64,000 bases of DNA from Chiloscyllium plagiosum (lineage: Eukaryota). The notes beneath the pieces were generated by a model. That model did not search any database. It worked only from the letters and a program-made list of their open reading frames with translations, and had not been told where the DNA came from. Where the stretch lies: positions 2,016,020 to 2,080,019 of the forward strand of contig NC_057756.1 in assembly GCF_004010195.1 (NCBI RefSeq), in the 5' to 3' direction. The position numbers were made by a program, and so were the translations under genes. The stretch's first letter is position 1. Each line of letters opens with the position of its first letter. Below are positions 12,565-25,254 of this stretch, in pieces.

Positions 12565-14420
12565 ACATCGAGCAGAGCTCACGACTATAGATTGTCATCG
12601 AAGAGATATTGTGGGCATTCAATATCAGAAATATGTTTCAACAAAAGCTACAAAACAATTGCCCAATGTATACACTACTCAACCACCACCACCACCAAGC
12701 AAGAGAACGAACTCTGTATTACGGATCAGTGCAGGACGGTATGCCTGTACTAGAAAAATGCATACTTACAAATAAGTCGTGAACCCGCTGAAGATGCCGA
12801 AGATAACTCTTATCATCCTAATCCACACAAGTGAGTTATAGCAAAAAGAAGGAACCGACTACATAACTCGCTGATCGGATCGAGGCTGTGCCTTCTTGCC
12901 ACATCCAGTCGAAAATGTTGCAGGGCAATTAAACAACTCACAAGAGGAGTACACTTCTCAAATATCTTGATCTTCACGCGAAGACGAGCCCATGTATCAG
13001 TGCAAAAATAAAAAAAAAATTTCCATAAGTCAACGAAAGGAAATCCTAGAAGATCTTCCACAGCGTCATGCATGTCTGTCTTCAGACCATGCTACTTACT
13101 TACATGATGGCAGGAAATGGGTTAGTGCAAAGACTTTGATACCTGACAACATTCCAGCGTACCACAGAAGACTTGTGCACGAAAACATGCCCATCACGTA
13201 GTCCAGTTTTTGCAATGCGCCATTTATGCACCAACTTGCTACATTGGCCAGGTATATTCTGTTCTGATAAAAAAAAATGAGGACAGATCCATCCGGCCAC
13301 TTGCCGCTATATCAGGCTTCTTCCGATCCTTAGTAAGGTCAGGGAAAGTGTCAACAATACTTCAATGAAGAAATATCTGTTCAACATTAATCTGCTCAGT
13401 GGCATCCAGTTTTACTTCTGCCAGGGCCACTCAATTCTTGACTTCATTACAATCTTGACTCAAATATCGTCAAAGCATTTTATTGATGACGTGCGGTGAG
13501 ATTAACGGCCAGTTCATCGAACATACGTGTCATTCAGTCTGGCATTAAGTTGTCTGACAATACCCAGAGTCAATGTCCATCTGGAGGAATATTGTCAATC
13601 GGCTGTAATCAAATCTGACACAGAGAAAGATGCATGCGTTTGTGGAAGTTAATAATTTGTCTGCATATATGTCCATACAAGTTCATCAGCACCATGCCCG
13701 AGGCCAACCCTTCTCAAACAGCTTCATCGATGACCTTCACTCGAACATGCAATCACATCTCCAGATTTTCGATGATGATGGCAAACATTCAGCAAATTTG
13801 CATTACTCGGATATTGAAGCTGGCCATATTCAAATACCGCAATATCTGACCTACATCCAGGCTGGAGCTGATATAGCAGTAAGCAAAATTCACACAACAG
13901 AAATACCAGGCAATAACTGCTGTTCACAATAGAGAATGTAACCACAGTTGTCTGGCATTCAATGGCGTTATTATCTATGAGTATCTCATTATCAATATGT
14001 TCAGAGTACCATTGATTAGAAATTAATTTGGGCTCGCTACATTAACACAATTGCTGCAAAGGCAGGTGAGTGGCTAGAATTACTATGTAAGCAATGCTAC
14101 TTTTGACTCCCCAAAGCCTCTCCAAATTCCAAAAGGCATAAGTTGGAAGTGATTTGGAATTCTCCACAATTGCCAGGATAGGTGCTGATCCGAGAACACT
14201 CAAGATAGTTGACAACAGTAAAGGCAAAACAGTCCCATGATCGGCTTCACATCAACTCCATTTGCTAACAATGGTCAGTGTTACTATCGACAATTCACAG
14301 TGCAGGAATTTGCAAATACGCCTTAGGAAGAGCCTTCCAAAAACAGGTCCACATCCATATTGAATGACACAAACATCAGATACCTGTGGTTGCCACTGTC
14401 ATTAAGAACCTCTCCAAAAA
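12565..14420 (+). mobile_element. Decayed non-LTR retrotransposon ORF2, same family as 10240-12080, opposite orientation
   Basis: IKQLTRG linker near 12930, RT start near 13300-13430, and FIDDL...IFDDDG in ORF 13630-13932 (remnant of FINDL...FADD). Confidence 0.7.
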
Positions 14421-15111
14421 ACTCACAATTTAGCCTTCGAAAAGCTGGACTGATACTTAATTGTCGCTCGCACAAAATCGTGAGTTTCACTGCCCAAGAG
14501 CATTTTCAGCCAACATCCAGCGAGTCCAGTAAAACAAACCATAAAGAGAGCTCATCGCTACTTTCTTAACCACAATTAAGAACCTGTAAAAAATGCTTGC
14601 CTTTCCATGACACCAAGACCGCACAAACAAATAACAATGTAAACAGAATGGAACAGAACAGAACAGAATTAACACTGACAATTATTTCCAACATTCCCTT
14701 GTTTATGGCTAATTGCTTTTTGCCATTTTTGGAAGAAGAAAAAATAACTCTTTTTTTCTGTGGTACAAAAGTTATGCCTCAATTGACTCCAAATTTGATT
14801 ACTCGCTCCTGGTGTATTGTGAGGAGTTTTTCCTTCCATAAGAAAATTCATGTATTTGCCGAATACAGAGTATGTCATTAATCCTTAGACATTTGTCAGA
14901 GCGGTAGACTGCGATATGAATATTAATTATAAACACACCCCAGTTCCTCCAGAATTTTTACAGAATGCTTTGCGATCCAATTGTATCTTCCAAATCACTA
15001 AACGTCTAACTATATGAATCATTTGTTGCAGTTAGCTGTTTTCCTTGTTTCAGAGACTTAAACAAATGTTCATAATTAAAACAAAATGTGGATGCTGCTT
15101 ATGATCCTGAT

Positions 15112-15195
15112 TTTACTCTGAATGTTGAGAAAGTTCAAAATGACTGTTGATTTTTTTGGTTTATTCTGAATGCTGAGAAAGTTCAGAATGACTGT
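15112..15195. repeat. 36-bp direct repeat, 48-bp period
   Basis: tttactctgaatgttgagaaagttcaaaatgactgt and tttattctgaatgctgagaaagttcagaatgactgt (3 mismatches). Confidence 0.85.
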
Positions 15196-15832
15196 AGTCA
15201 ATACTTTCACACATCTTTACGACAGAATTGACAGATTTCTCGGTAGCACTGGCAGAAATGGCTAGGTGCATCTGTAGGATGAAAGATATTGAAGTGATCA
15301 ACCACAGTCACATTACGTGGCACACCAGGCTTGATGATCTAAATTTCCTATCCATATTTTATCTTGCAATGCAACTCGATATAACTTAAAACAGGAAACA
15401 ATTCAGAAACGTGAAAATAGATGGATTTGTTGTCGTCAAAATTTGCTTATTGAATCCAAATCCGACGAATACAATTGTCAATTTCTTACGTCACATAAAT
15501 CCTTACAAGTTTTGTGCAGTAAATATTTCACTATTCTCCATAATTGCAACATTTGTTATTGATAATTGAGGTCCCAATCTATGTATATATTTTTGTTGGC
15601 TAGGTCTTCGACATTTTTGCTGTTGCAACATTTTGTTTCACCGAAGTGTGATAATTTAAGATAAGTTTATCCAGGTCTGTCTTTTTATAACTCTGTTATA
15701 CTTTTAATTCTTATCCTTATTTCCTCGCAACGTGCCTGAGGAAACGTTGATATGTATGGTAACATCTCAGATTATTTTGCCTTCAGGAACTCTTATCATA
15801 ATTTTCTAAGAATACTTTCAATCGGTGTGAAT

Positions 15833-15886
15833 ATGGCTGTGCTTTGCTTCATGTTGCTTGTTCCTTTTTTCTCTTTCGTTCTCCAG
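15833..15886 (+). CDS. Candidate signal-peptide (leader) exon
   Basis: aatATGG start, MAVLCFMLLVPFFSFVLQ, then CAG|gtatgt donor. No downstream partner exon identified, and T-rich DNA can mimic hydrophobic peptides. Confidence 0.2.
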
Positions 15887-16024
15887 GTATGTGTATTCGT
15901 TTCCTTATTTCCACAGTTTAATCCATCCACGGTTTTTTATTATTTTATTTCTTGAAATGTTTGTTTCAAGTGCACAGTGCTAATACTATTTAATGCAGAC
16001 ATACTTTCCTTCTTTATTTTTGCT

Positions 16025-16310
16025 TTATTCATTCATGGTTTGTTTTCATCTCTGGCTGGGCAGCCCTTCTTTGTCCATCCCAAATTACCCAGAGAGCAGT
16101 TAAATTAAAACACATTACTGAACGTCTGGAGTCGCATGCGGGCAAGACTAGTAAGCATGGCAGTTTTCTTCTGTAAAGGACATTAGTGAAGTAGTTAGTT
16201 TTTTTTCCAACAATCACTAATGGATTTCTGGTCATCAAAAGACACTTTTCTTTTTCAAATATCAATTGAATTCAAATTCCACCAGACGTCAACTACAAGA
16301 GAAATCATAA
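16025..16310 (-). mobile_element. SINE sharing its 3' tail with the CR1/L2-group LINE
   Basis: ggagtcgcatgcgggcaagactagtaagcatggcag...aaggacattagtgaa...ttgaattcaaattccacc. Its tail resembles the LINE ends at about 22000-22036 and 41190-41235. Confidence 0.6.
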
Positions 16311-16692
16311 TTACGTTCACTATTTATATTGTAATTCAATTAATAACTAAATTTCTGGCTTGTTTTTCGCAAGATCCATGCACACTGAAGTCTCCTTCCT
16401 CCTTCTGATCATACAGCAGAGTCCCGTGTTCAGCTCTTGTTGACTCTTCTTTTAAAAAAGGGGGAAAAAAATTCTAAAATCCTGGGTTCTCAACAAGAGT
16501 CTTACCTGGATTCGAAATGTATCTCTACGTTACTTTTTTCCCCACAGATGTTGCAAGACCTTCGGAGTTTCTCGGACAATTTTTGATTTTGCATGTAATT
16601 CCTTGTTGTCTTCCTATATCCTCGTAGAAGGGCCGTAATAATGCTTCCAATTGTCTATCAGGGAAAAAAAAACTTTATCTAACATTACTCAC

Positions 16693-17475
16693 CGTAGCTC
16701 TTGCATTTCTTGGCATGCTCTGACGATGTAATTAAAAGAATGATGAACGTCTTGGCAGTAGAAGTTGAATCGCATGAATACTTCATGTTTGATTAGATTC
16801 TATGAATTTTTGCTTAGCATTTTATTTCTCTTACCTTGTTGACACTGGAGCAATTTTTGTTCTGTGAATAATATGCATCATTATTAGAGTCATGAAACAG
16901 CACTGTTGCAATTTTATAATTCACTTTGGCATTACTATGTCCAAGCATGAATACGATATTGGCTCCAATGAGTAGAACGATTCAACGAGATGCCATAACA
17001 AACAAAATGCTTTGCAATTACTTGATACGATAACATTTTGAACCATACTTAATTCAAATAGATATGAGCATGAGTAGCATGATCATTATGCAACATTTTC
17101 TTGCAATCATGTGACAATAAAAATTTTGTTTACATTCTTAGCTAGCGTATTCAAACTTTACCTCAGAGATGAGTGATGAAACGTACGTTTTAACAGACAT
17201 AATTTTAAATAACGGCCGAAGTTCATCAAAAATAATTCATGATCTTAAATATGCGTTCTTAAATCTCAAAGAAAAATAGCTTTTTAATTAACAATGTGAC
17301 ATCATGTATAAATTCGCAGACCTGCTTTGATCAGAGCTTGTTTCAGATGTTCCAGGTCTGAAAATCAAAATAGACTATTCTTTTCCGATTGCTTGCGTAC
17401 ATGGTTAAGGGGGAATACGTAGTTCAGGGGGAAAACACTTTTTCTCACTGCATTTAGTCCCTTCCTCTTGGTGAA
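16693..17475 (-). CDS. Candidate cluster of three phase-1 micro-exons (17475-17449, 17357-17322, 16719-16693)
   Basis: 27, 36 and 27 nt segments bounded by AG/GT (donors gtgaga, gtctgc, gtgagt). They splice in frame to xHQEEGTKCNLEHLKQALIKAEHAKKCKSY; no homology recognised. Confidence 0.2.
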
Positions 17476-18189
17476 CTATGACAGAGGTGTTGTATTATTA
17501 ATGATGTAATATGGAATAGTATCAATAGTGCTGGCGAGCATTATGGAGACATAATTATTGCTATTAGCCTTTTTGTCTCTTTGCACCCCGTCTCTAATAT
17601 GAACTGATTGACAACACACATAAACAGACGCACACACAGTGTTAATGGAAAAAAAAACACTTGAGTCGAGTTTCAATGTTGCTTTGGTTTCTTCAGCGAT
17701 GGAAACAGCCCTCAAAAGTAAACAACATTCAAAAGTTTAGATTTCTAATTTAACTGCACTTTCATGTAAACTGAATTCTTTGCACAATATTCTCCATCTT
17801 CCAACTAAAGGCAATATGACAAAAGTTTGGTTTAATTTGTTGGTATTGAAATTAGATTTTTCAGTTTTCCAATCAACGAGAACTTTGATTTTTTTTTCAA
17901 GATCATAACTTCTTACTGAACAGCCAGAACTGTCCTTGCACATACAGAAGAAAATTTATTCCCACACTTGCATCAACAAATTGCTCGTATGTTTTATATT
18001 GTGTCTAGTTACCATCACAAGTAATTACACTACATTTTTCTGTTTAGTCAATTTTTCATAATCAATTTATTCAGAGCTGCTACAGATAGTTGGGATTGAA
18101 CCCGGGCCTCCTGGTCCAGGGGTTTGAATGCTTACACTGAGTCAGCTCCTTACCACGTCGCAATCTTTGCTCAATATGAAAGAAAAGAG

Positions 18190-18700
18190 TTTTACTGAAG
18201 ATCTGTAGTTCAATTTGTGACTATTCTTATTCGTCATTTCATCGAGCTGGTTAATGTTTCCTGCAAATGTTTTGTCTCACTCCTTGGTGACATATCCAAT
18301 GCTATGTAGCCTCTGGATAAAAGGCAGTCATTGTGATTTGCCTAGATTTTGTTGTGGTGGGCGAATCTACTTCCAGTTTCGTGCTGCAGTGATCTGTAGA
18401 TGAAGTCACTTAAGCAGTGGATGAATACTCGGCTTCCAGGAATTTCTCTTCTTGCCTTAGTTAGCCTGTCCCAGTATTGTAATGTTCTCCCAGTTGAATT
18501 AGTCGCCTTAATTTTCAGTGTGCACTGATATGAGGACGATTGCTCATCTTTTGTTGCAAGTTGATGTTTGTGTATTATGGTGGTGAGTTTTCTGCCCATT
18601 TGATTGATGTAAAGTTTCTTGCTGTTGCTGCATGTCATTTAATATGTTCTATTCGCTCTGTATTTGTGCATATGAGGTCTTTTGATCTGGGTTGTTTCTG
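18190..18700 (-). mobile_element. Penelope GIY-YIG/pLTR segment inverted relative to the adjacent long copy
   Basis: ORF 18342-18638 CSNSKKLYINQMGRKLTTIIHKHQLATK. Confidence 0.75.
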
Positions 18701-18719
18701 GAACTAATAGCTTAAAAAT

Positions 18720-20850
18720 ATGTGCAGTATATAGTAAAACACATATGGGGAGAATACACGCAAACACGCCCGTTGATTGGAAAGCTATGCCAACCAGGTA
18801 AGTGCTATCAATGAGCAATTCCATTTTCTAAACGAATGCCTCTGAAACCAAATAAAACGCCACAGCGTGAAATGCAAACCTCCTCTGACAAAATTCAAAC
18901 AAAGAGCCAAATGTAATCGCCACATGATGGTCCAGGTAATGGTAACGGATGCCCACAACCGTCTCCACAGTTAAGAACGGGAAATCGAGTGCCACAAAAA
19001 AGATTTTTGAATTAAATAATCATCAGTATACCATGGTGCTTGAAAGACCATCAACACCAAGCAACACAGAACCAGGACCACGAAGAAAATGAGGACTACA
19101 AGAGAAACTGATGAAACTGCTCCACAGCAAGGATGACAACAAAACAGGCAATTTTTAAGAAACGTATCAGTCAGGCAACTAAATGCCAACAAAAATAGCT
19201 GTTCTTATACGAGGACTTAATTACAACTACAAGGATGCCAACAAAACAGACTTCCTGACACCACTAGAGGACATAGTACAATGCAACAAAGACAGAGGAA
19301 ACACAACAGACAATCCGACACATCATATTCTCCGCACTAAACAGAATAAATCGCTCTACCCGACTCATCATCTCAGGTGCAGAAGCCCTCGAAAGGAAAA
19401 AAAAAAGATAAGCACATGCTCATACTACCTGCAAACAAGGGCTGCCTGACAGAAGTAATGAACAAATCGGAATAATGTTCATTGAAAAAGCAAAGAAACT
19501 ACTTGTCGATGCCGACACCGATCAACAGAGGGAAGCGGAAACCAAGCCACAAGATTACCTAGACATTTCAAGACTGGGAAAACCAAGAAAAACAACAAGA
19601 TAGACGTCTAGAAAATGAAGCTGGAAGATTTTAACATTCTGCTTTCAATGTCTCCCCAAAATGCACATGTGAGGCAACCTCTCAGCCTTTTTGTCTCCCG
19701 ACCAGACACACTGACAGACTAGCCAAGAAGGTTCCCTGCAGACTGAAACACCTTAATGGGCTCAACAGACGTCATGCATTTCGCACAGGAATTACTGAAC
19801 AACATCACAGATGCAAAAGTCGATTAAGATGAAATGATGACCTCATTAATGTTACAACGCTGTTGATCAGCATCAATATAGCATTAGTTAAGGAAACACT
19901 AGCTGCATTTCAAAACAAACTGACAACAAAGATCGAGTACGAAGTGATCAGTGAAGTTACTGGATTTATGCTTTACTACACACATTGCCTTTAATGACGA
20001 GGTATACGAACAATTAAATGGTACACCCATGGACTATCTCATTTCTGGGTTCATGGTTAAGCAGTAATGGCAACAGAGTACGCCCCCAGTTCCAGCCCGA
20101 ACACTGGAACACCCAAACACTCACAGAAAAAGAAGAAGACCTATATAAAGTATTTGCTGTTACTAACAGCTTCATCCACCAATGCCTGGTATACAGATAA
20201 CATCAAGAAGTCACTTTGCCCTCAATAGACTGACCAGCGAAATCTACATTATAATTGTCTCTGAATTAACCATGAGAATTCCAAGGCCAACGGGGAATAG
20301 CGAAAACATACAAACCCTCAGCCAGATTTCGCCAGGTACTATCAAAGACGAAATAACCCATGAACACAACATGAAGAAGAAATGTGACAGATGAAATAAC
20401 ATGCAGAAACTGCAAGAAACATTACAAAGGATAAATGGACGGGAAAACCTCCACCACAATACGTGAACAACAGCTTGCAACAAAAAGACATGACTAATCG
20501 TCCCTCATATCGACACAAACTCACAAAGAAGGACAGCAACTCAGCTGGGATATCGTTATGAGACCTAGATAGGCTAAACAAAGACAAGCTCGAGTATTCT
20601 TGGAGGCCTGTTATTCATCCACTGCTTAAATAAATAAACACAGCGAAGCAGACTTCCTGAAAAGACCAAAGCAGTACAAAACCGAGCATAGAACCACCTG
20701 CCGTAGCAAACAGAAGCGTCTAAGTTCTGGTATTGTGCAACATTGTTTCATCCAGAGGCTACACAGCACTGAACGTATCATCTACGAAGGAGACATAACG
20801 TTTGCAAGAAAATCAAACAGCTCAGAGAAGTGACCAAGAAAATTCTAAAC
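18720..20850 (+). mobile_element. Long decayed Penelope element (N-terminus, RT, GIY-YIG, pLTR) with internal deletion
   Basis: AVLIRGLNYNYKDANKTDFL (ORF 19183) and FNDEVYEQLNGTPM near 19990-20030. GIY-YIG remnant at about 20390-20520 and decayed hammerhead at about 20765-20805. Confidence 0.8.
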
Positions 20851-20879
20851 AAAAGTACTGAATTCCACTGGCTATGTCG

Positions 20880-22036
20880 GAGTGACAACATTTGATATCG
20901 AAGCAACATTTAACTGAGAGATGGCATCAAGAATCCTGAGAGAGGAAAGAAAAACAATCAATATAACTGTAATCATTGGTGAATATGTGACAATTTTACT
21001 CCGAATGGAGTAATACGGAACATGGCTCATAGGAAGATATTTTTGGAGTTGCATTATCACAGCGCCAGCTTGTATCTGCAGATGTTCATCAAAGTAATGA
21101 AGTAGCCGAAACAATCTTCAGTTTTTCAATAAATGAAATTCGCTCCATCAGATCGTCAGAAGTGGAAACAGTCACCGATGATTGCATGATATACAGCATA
21201 TCTGATACTTAAATAATCCATTTCAAACGGAACGAATTTTGCCGATTTACATTTTTTGATTAAGAAGAGTTAAATAACTTTCACAGGAGAAACATTTCCG
21301 TATTTCCACAAAGAGAAAATCTAATTTCTTTACTTCATATTCAATGGCGTAACCATCATTGAATTGCCATATCAGCAAAGTTCTGGGCCTCACCATGAAA
21401 TAAAAGTTCAACTGGACTCACCATAAAAGCACAATGGTTACAAGAGAAACTCAGACAAGAAGAATACTGCACGTCTGCAACTAACTACATTCCTGACACT
21501 GCAACAGCTGTCCTCCCTCTCCAAGGAACAGATCAGTGGTGTGGTAGAATAATCTGCAGTTATCTGAATAGTTTCAGTTTCTAGAGCAGTCAAGAAGTTT
21601 TTCACCATTCACAACGAGAAGTACTTTTGTTTGGCACTGTATCCAAAAACGTCAATTTCCTTAACATAAAATGGTAATTAACAACTGCAAGCATTACTTA
21701 CAAGATCAAGTGCAGAAATTGTCCATGGTCATAGAAAGTTCCAATCTAATCAACACCACCACGTACAACACCAACGAATTAGATTCAAGGGAATGCCCTC
21801 CACATGCAAGTTCCCATCCAAACCACTTACCACTAATACTTGGAAATATATCGCTATTGCTTCGGTGTTCCTGAGACATATCCTACGAATTCCCTCTATC
21901 AGGTGATTGCAGTTCGAGCGAAGCTTCCAAGACTACAGTTGTTTAAGACGGCAGCTCACCAACCCGTTCTCGCCAGTGATAATGAAAAATTATGGTTCAC
22001 CTTTGAACTCGACATTCCACATGTAAATAAATAAAA
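20880..22036 (+). mobile_element. CR1/L2-group LINE 3' portion, decayed
   Basis: Colinear with 13500-14420 and 40400-41235; ends cacatgtaaataaataaaaa. Confidence 0.65.
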
Positions 22037-22199
22037 ACAGCACTTATACTCTCTTAGCGTCATCTCTTAAGTCTGTCTAACATTTGACGGGCTGTGATTA
22101 ATCGACTGTTTCGTGTTATTGATGAGGTGATTATTGAGGATGAGCAACTCGTCAAGAGATTCCCTATGACTTCACGTTTTACCTTAAACAGTACAAGAC

Positions 22200-23595
22200 C
22201 TTAAACAGACAATCGGTTGCAGCAAACTGCCCAGCCTTCAGCACAACATCGACCCAACACTGTACAACCCTGTGATGTCAACCACTGCATGCCGTTTCCA
22301 CACGGTAACCAGCATGACGTTTGGGGACACTACCCATCGTGTACCTGGCAGATATTCATTTGACATGGCCAAGAGTGTCGATCTCAATCGCTATCGGCAG
22401 GAATGCCCTGAGGCATGATACATTGGTGAGAACAAGCAGAAACTACGGAAATGGATGAATAGTTACTGCACAGCAGTCAACAGAGAGGCCTAATCACTCC
22501 CAGTCGTGGAACACTTCAGTCATCAGGGACAGTCGGCATCGAATCTTCGGATCACCATTCTCCAATGCAGACTTCGGGAGGGGCAGCAGTGCAAATTTGA
22601 AAAATGTGGTGCTTGAAAAACACAGCAGGCCAGGCAGCATCCGAGGAGCAGGAGAATCGACGTTTCAGGCATAAGCTTATGCCCGAAACGTCGATTCTCC
22701 TGCTCCTCAGATGCTGCCTGGCCTGCTGTGTTTTTCCAGCACCAGATTTTTTAACTCTGGTCTCCAGCATCTGCAGTCCTCACTTTCTCCTAACAGTGCA
22801 AAGTTGCAAAGCTGAGGCTGTCAGCCAGGTTTGGCAAATATGATGATGGCCTCAACCGGGGTCTTATGTTCCTGTCGCACTACAGGTGATCACACAAAAC
22901 TGTACACTCTCACCCTCTTTCTCACACACAAGCATATAGTCACCCTATACTCACACCCTCATACACACCCTCTCACAGGCTTATACTGCATCACACTCAG
23001 AGATACACTTTCGCAACTTTACACGCAAGCAAGCACACACTCTCAAGTGCAGGCACACTCATACGCACACACTCACATGCACACGCTTCATGTCCCCATC
23101 TTTCTCTCTATCCTGCATGCACACACATACACAAGTTCTTGGCGTTAATTTGTGGTTGCAGTATTATACTTGCAGATAAATTGTATTTTGCTCAAAAATG
23201 CACATATTGCAGGCAGTCAATCCATACAGTCAATACATACAATACGTTGTTAATCCAACTTTTGAAAAGTAACCAGCCTGACTCAAGCCTGGGATACAGA
23301 CATACTCTGACGTCATACCTTTCATGCATTTTCTGAGTTGAGGTGTCATGTTTTGCTATAAAACATCAAGTAACCTCGAGAAAGTGACCTAAAGGAAAGC
23401 CTGGGATTTACATGATATTGAAATGAAAACTGCAAAGATTAAAGACTTAACAATCCAGCTTTGTACACAGTATTTGTTTGCTCTAAATTCCATGTCTTAT
23501 GATCCTTTACTCTAAAACCTCCTGCTGAATTAGCAACGCTCTGAAAGATGATGTTTCCAAATAAACCTGTTGGACCTGGTTTTGTGTCATTTCTA
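22200..23595 (+). mobile_element. Penelope-like element (third family): GIY-YIG, CA-rich 3' region, pLTR
   Basis: NRYRQECPEA*YIGENKQKLRKWMN...LPVVEHFSHQG near 22385-22530. Its end (aaataaacctgttgga) matches 61060-61080. Confidence 0.8.
22596..22793. mobile_element. Palindromic (fold-back) Penelope pLTR insertion
   Basis: Spacer-less inverted repeat at about 22600-22751 centred on ataag|cttat (22675/22676), flanked by cagtgcaaa at 22587-22595 and 22794-22802. Confidence 0.9.
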
Positions 23596-23779
23596 GAAGC
23601 ATCTGTGGAGAATGACGCAGCGTTCATGTTGGGAGTGCGATGTAAACGCTCAGCAGAAATACAGAGAGCTTGTAATAGACTCGAAGGGTTATCTCTGTTT
23701 GTTTCTCCTCAGACGCTACCAAAATATTCAATTACTCCAAAGAAGATCCGTCTTTGATCGGTGTTATTTGATGATTCAT

Positions 23780-25230
23780 GGAGGCGAAGAAAATGCTGTA
23801 AACCAGATAATTTTGGGAACAGCTTTCGGGCAACAATTTACAAACCTGGCAGACGGGCTATGTCTGGAGTATAAAGGATTGCCAAATGCTAATTTTTAAC
23901 ATCTGTTATGTTGAGGTTATGTTTCTTTGTGTCTTTTCGGGGGCTGGAAGCTAAGATGGTTAAAGTATGTGTTACCTGTGCAATGGGACTTGTGTATTAA
24001 ATGATGCTTTGATGAGTGTAAAGTTAGTTGTTCAATGGTTGCAGATGAGCTGTACAATTCTCACCCTTCCCAAATACTTTGCTAATCTACCACACCATGG
24101 ATTGGTTCTGTTGAGGTTCATGTAGGTGCACTGTATGAATTTCATTTAGTAATAATTCCATTGCTCCTTGGCTAACAGTAAAGATAACTCTCCCAATTTT
24201 GGAGATATTCTCATCGTTTTTAGATTTACTACACGTGGTATGATTTTCCTTCCTAGTGCCTTTAGCACTGGCAGGCGGTGTGTTTGCCTTCAGAGCTTAA
24301 ATAAAAGCACGTCTTGGATTTTCTTTTTGGCTGCTTGCTGAAATTGATAGGTTTACTGGGAGCCGTTTCATTCCCTTTCAACTTGTCATCAAATTTGACA
24401 GCTTTGCTGTCCTGTTCCATTGTGAATTTGTCTGATTTTGCTTGTCATGTTTCTGATTAGTCATAGATCCGGCTTTTCCATTGCCGTTTGGATATCTATC
24501 CGAAAAATTACATGCATTGTCTACACTAAACGCTCGGGAGAAGAAAGATGTAGAACAGCTTTCGGGCAAAACATTAGAAGCCTGGCACTGGGGATGTGCC
24601 TGGAGTATATTAGCGTGCCAAGATTTTTTTTATTCCTGTTAGGCAGAGGGTTTGTTTCTTCAAGTCGTTTTGGCGGTTGGAAGTAAAGAGGGTTAAAGTA
24701 AGTTCGACCTGTGCATTGGGGCTTGTGCAACATAAAATGTTTTGATGAGTTGTGAGATTAGTTGTTCAATGTTAGGAGGTGAGCTGTTCAATTCTCATGC
24801 TCCCCAAATACATTGCTAATCTACTACAACATGGCTTGGATCTTTTCAGGTGTACTTTGACAGATTTCATCCACTGTAAAATTCATATCTATGAATATTT
24901 CCACTGCTCTTTGACCAATTTTGGAAACAGCCTAAATGTTTACAGGTTTACTACGGATGGCACGATTTTTCTTACTGGCACCTTAAGCACTGGCAGGCAG
25001 CCTGTCTGCCTCACAAACTAAAACAAAATATCTTGGATTCGTTTTGGGCTGTTCACTGAAGCTGCTAGGTTTACTGGGAACCGTTTCACTCCCTTTCCAG
25101 GTGAAACCATTGGTATTGTGTTGCCTCCTGTACAGCGTTGCTGTTCTGTTACACTTTGAATTTGTGTGGTTATGCTGGAGTTCTTTCTGGTTAGCGATGG
25201 TTCGGTTTTTTTCCATTGCAACAGTTTGGA
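23780..25230 (-). repeat. Diverged tandem duplication, ~720-740 bp unit (Penelope pLTR remnant plus unassigned sequence)
   Basis: Colinear anchors: acagctttcgggcaa (23819/24555), ttagttgttcaatg, ttgctaatctac, agcactggcaggc, tcttggatt, ggtttactggga (24350/25068). Confidence 0.85.
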
Positions 25231-25254
25231 CATTGTCGCTTAAACGTTAATGCA

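Noticed and set aside
14566..14695. Transmembrane-like peptide on the minus strand (SVLFCSILFTLLFVCAVLV)
   Set aside because: Arises from T-rich (ttctg)n low-complexity sequence; no convincing gene context.
23612..24686. Similar peptides TAFGQ..LA.G.CLEY..P in ORFs 23612-23899 and 24438-24686 suggesting a duplicated gene
   Set aside because: Codon comparison shows mostly non-synonymous differences plus frameshifts and stops; the DNA duplication explains the similarity.
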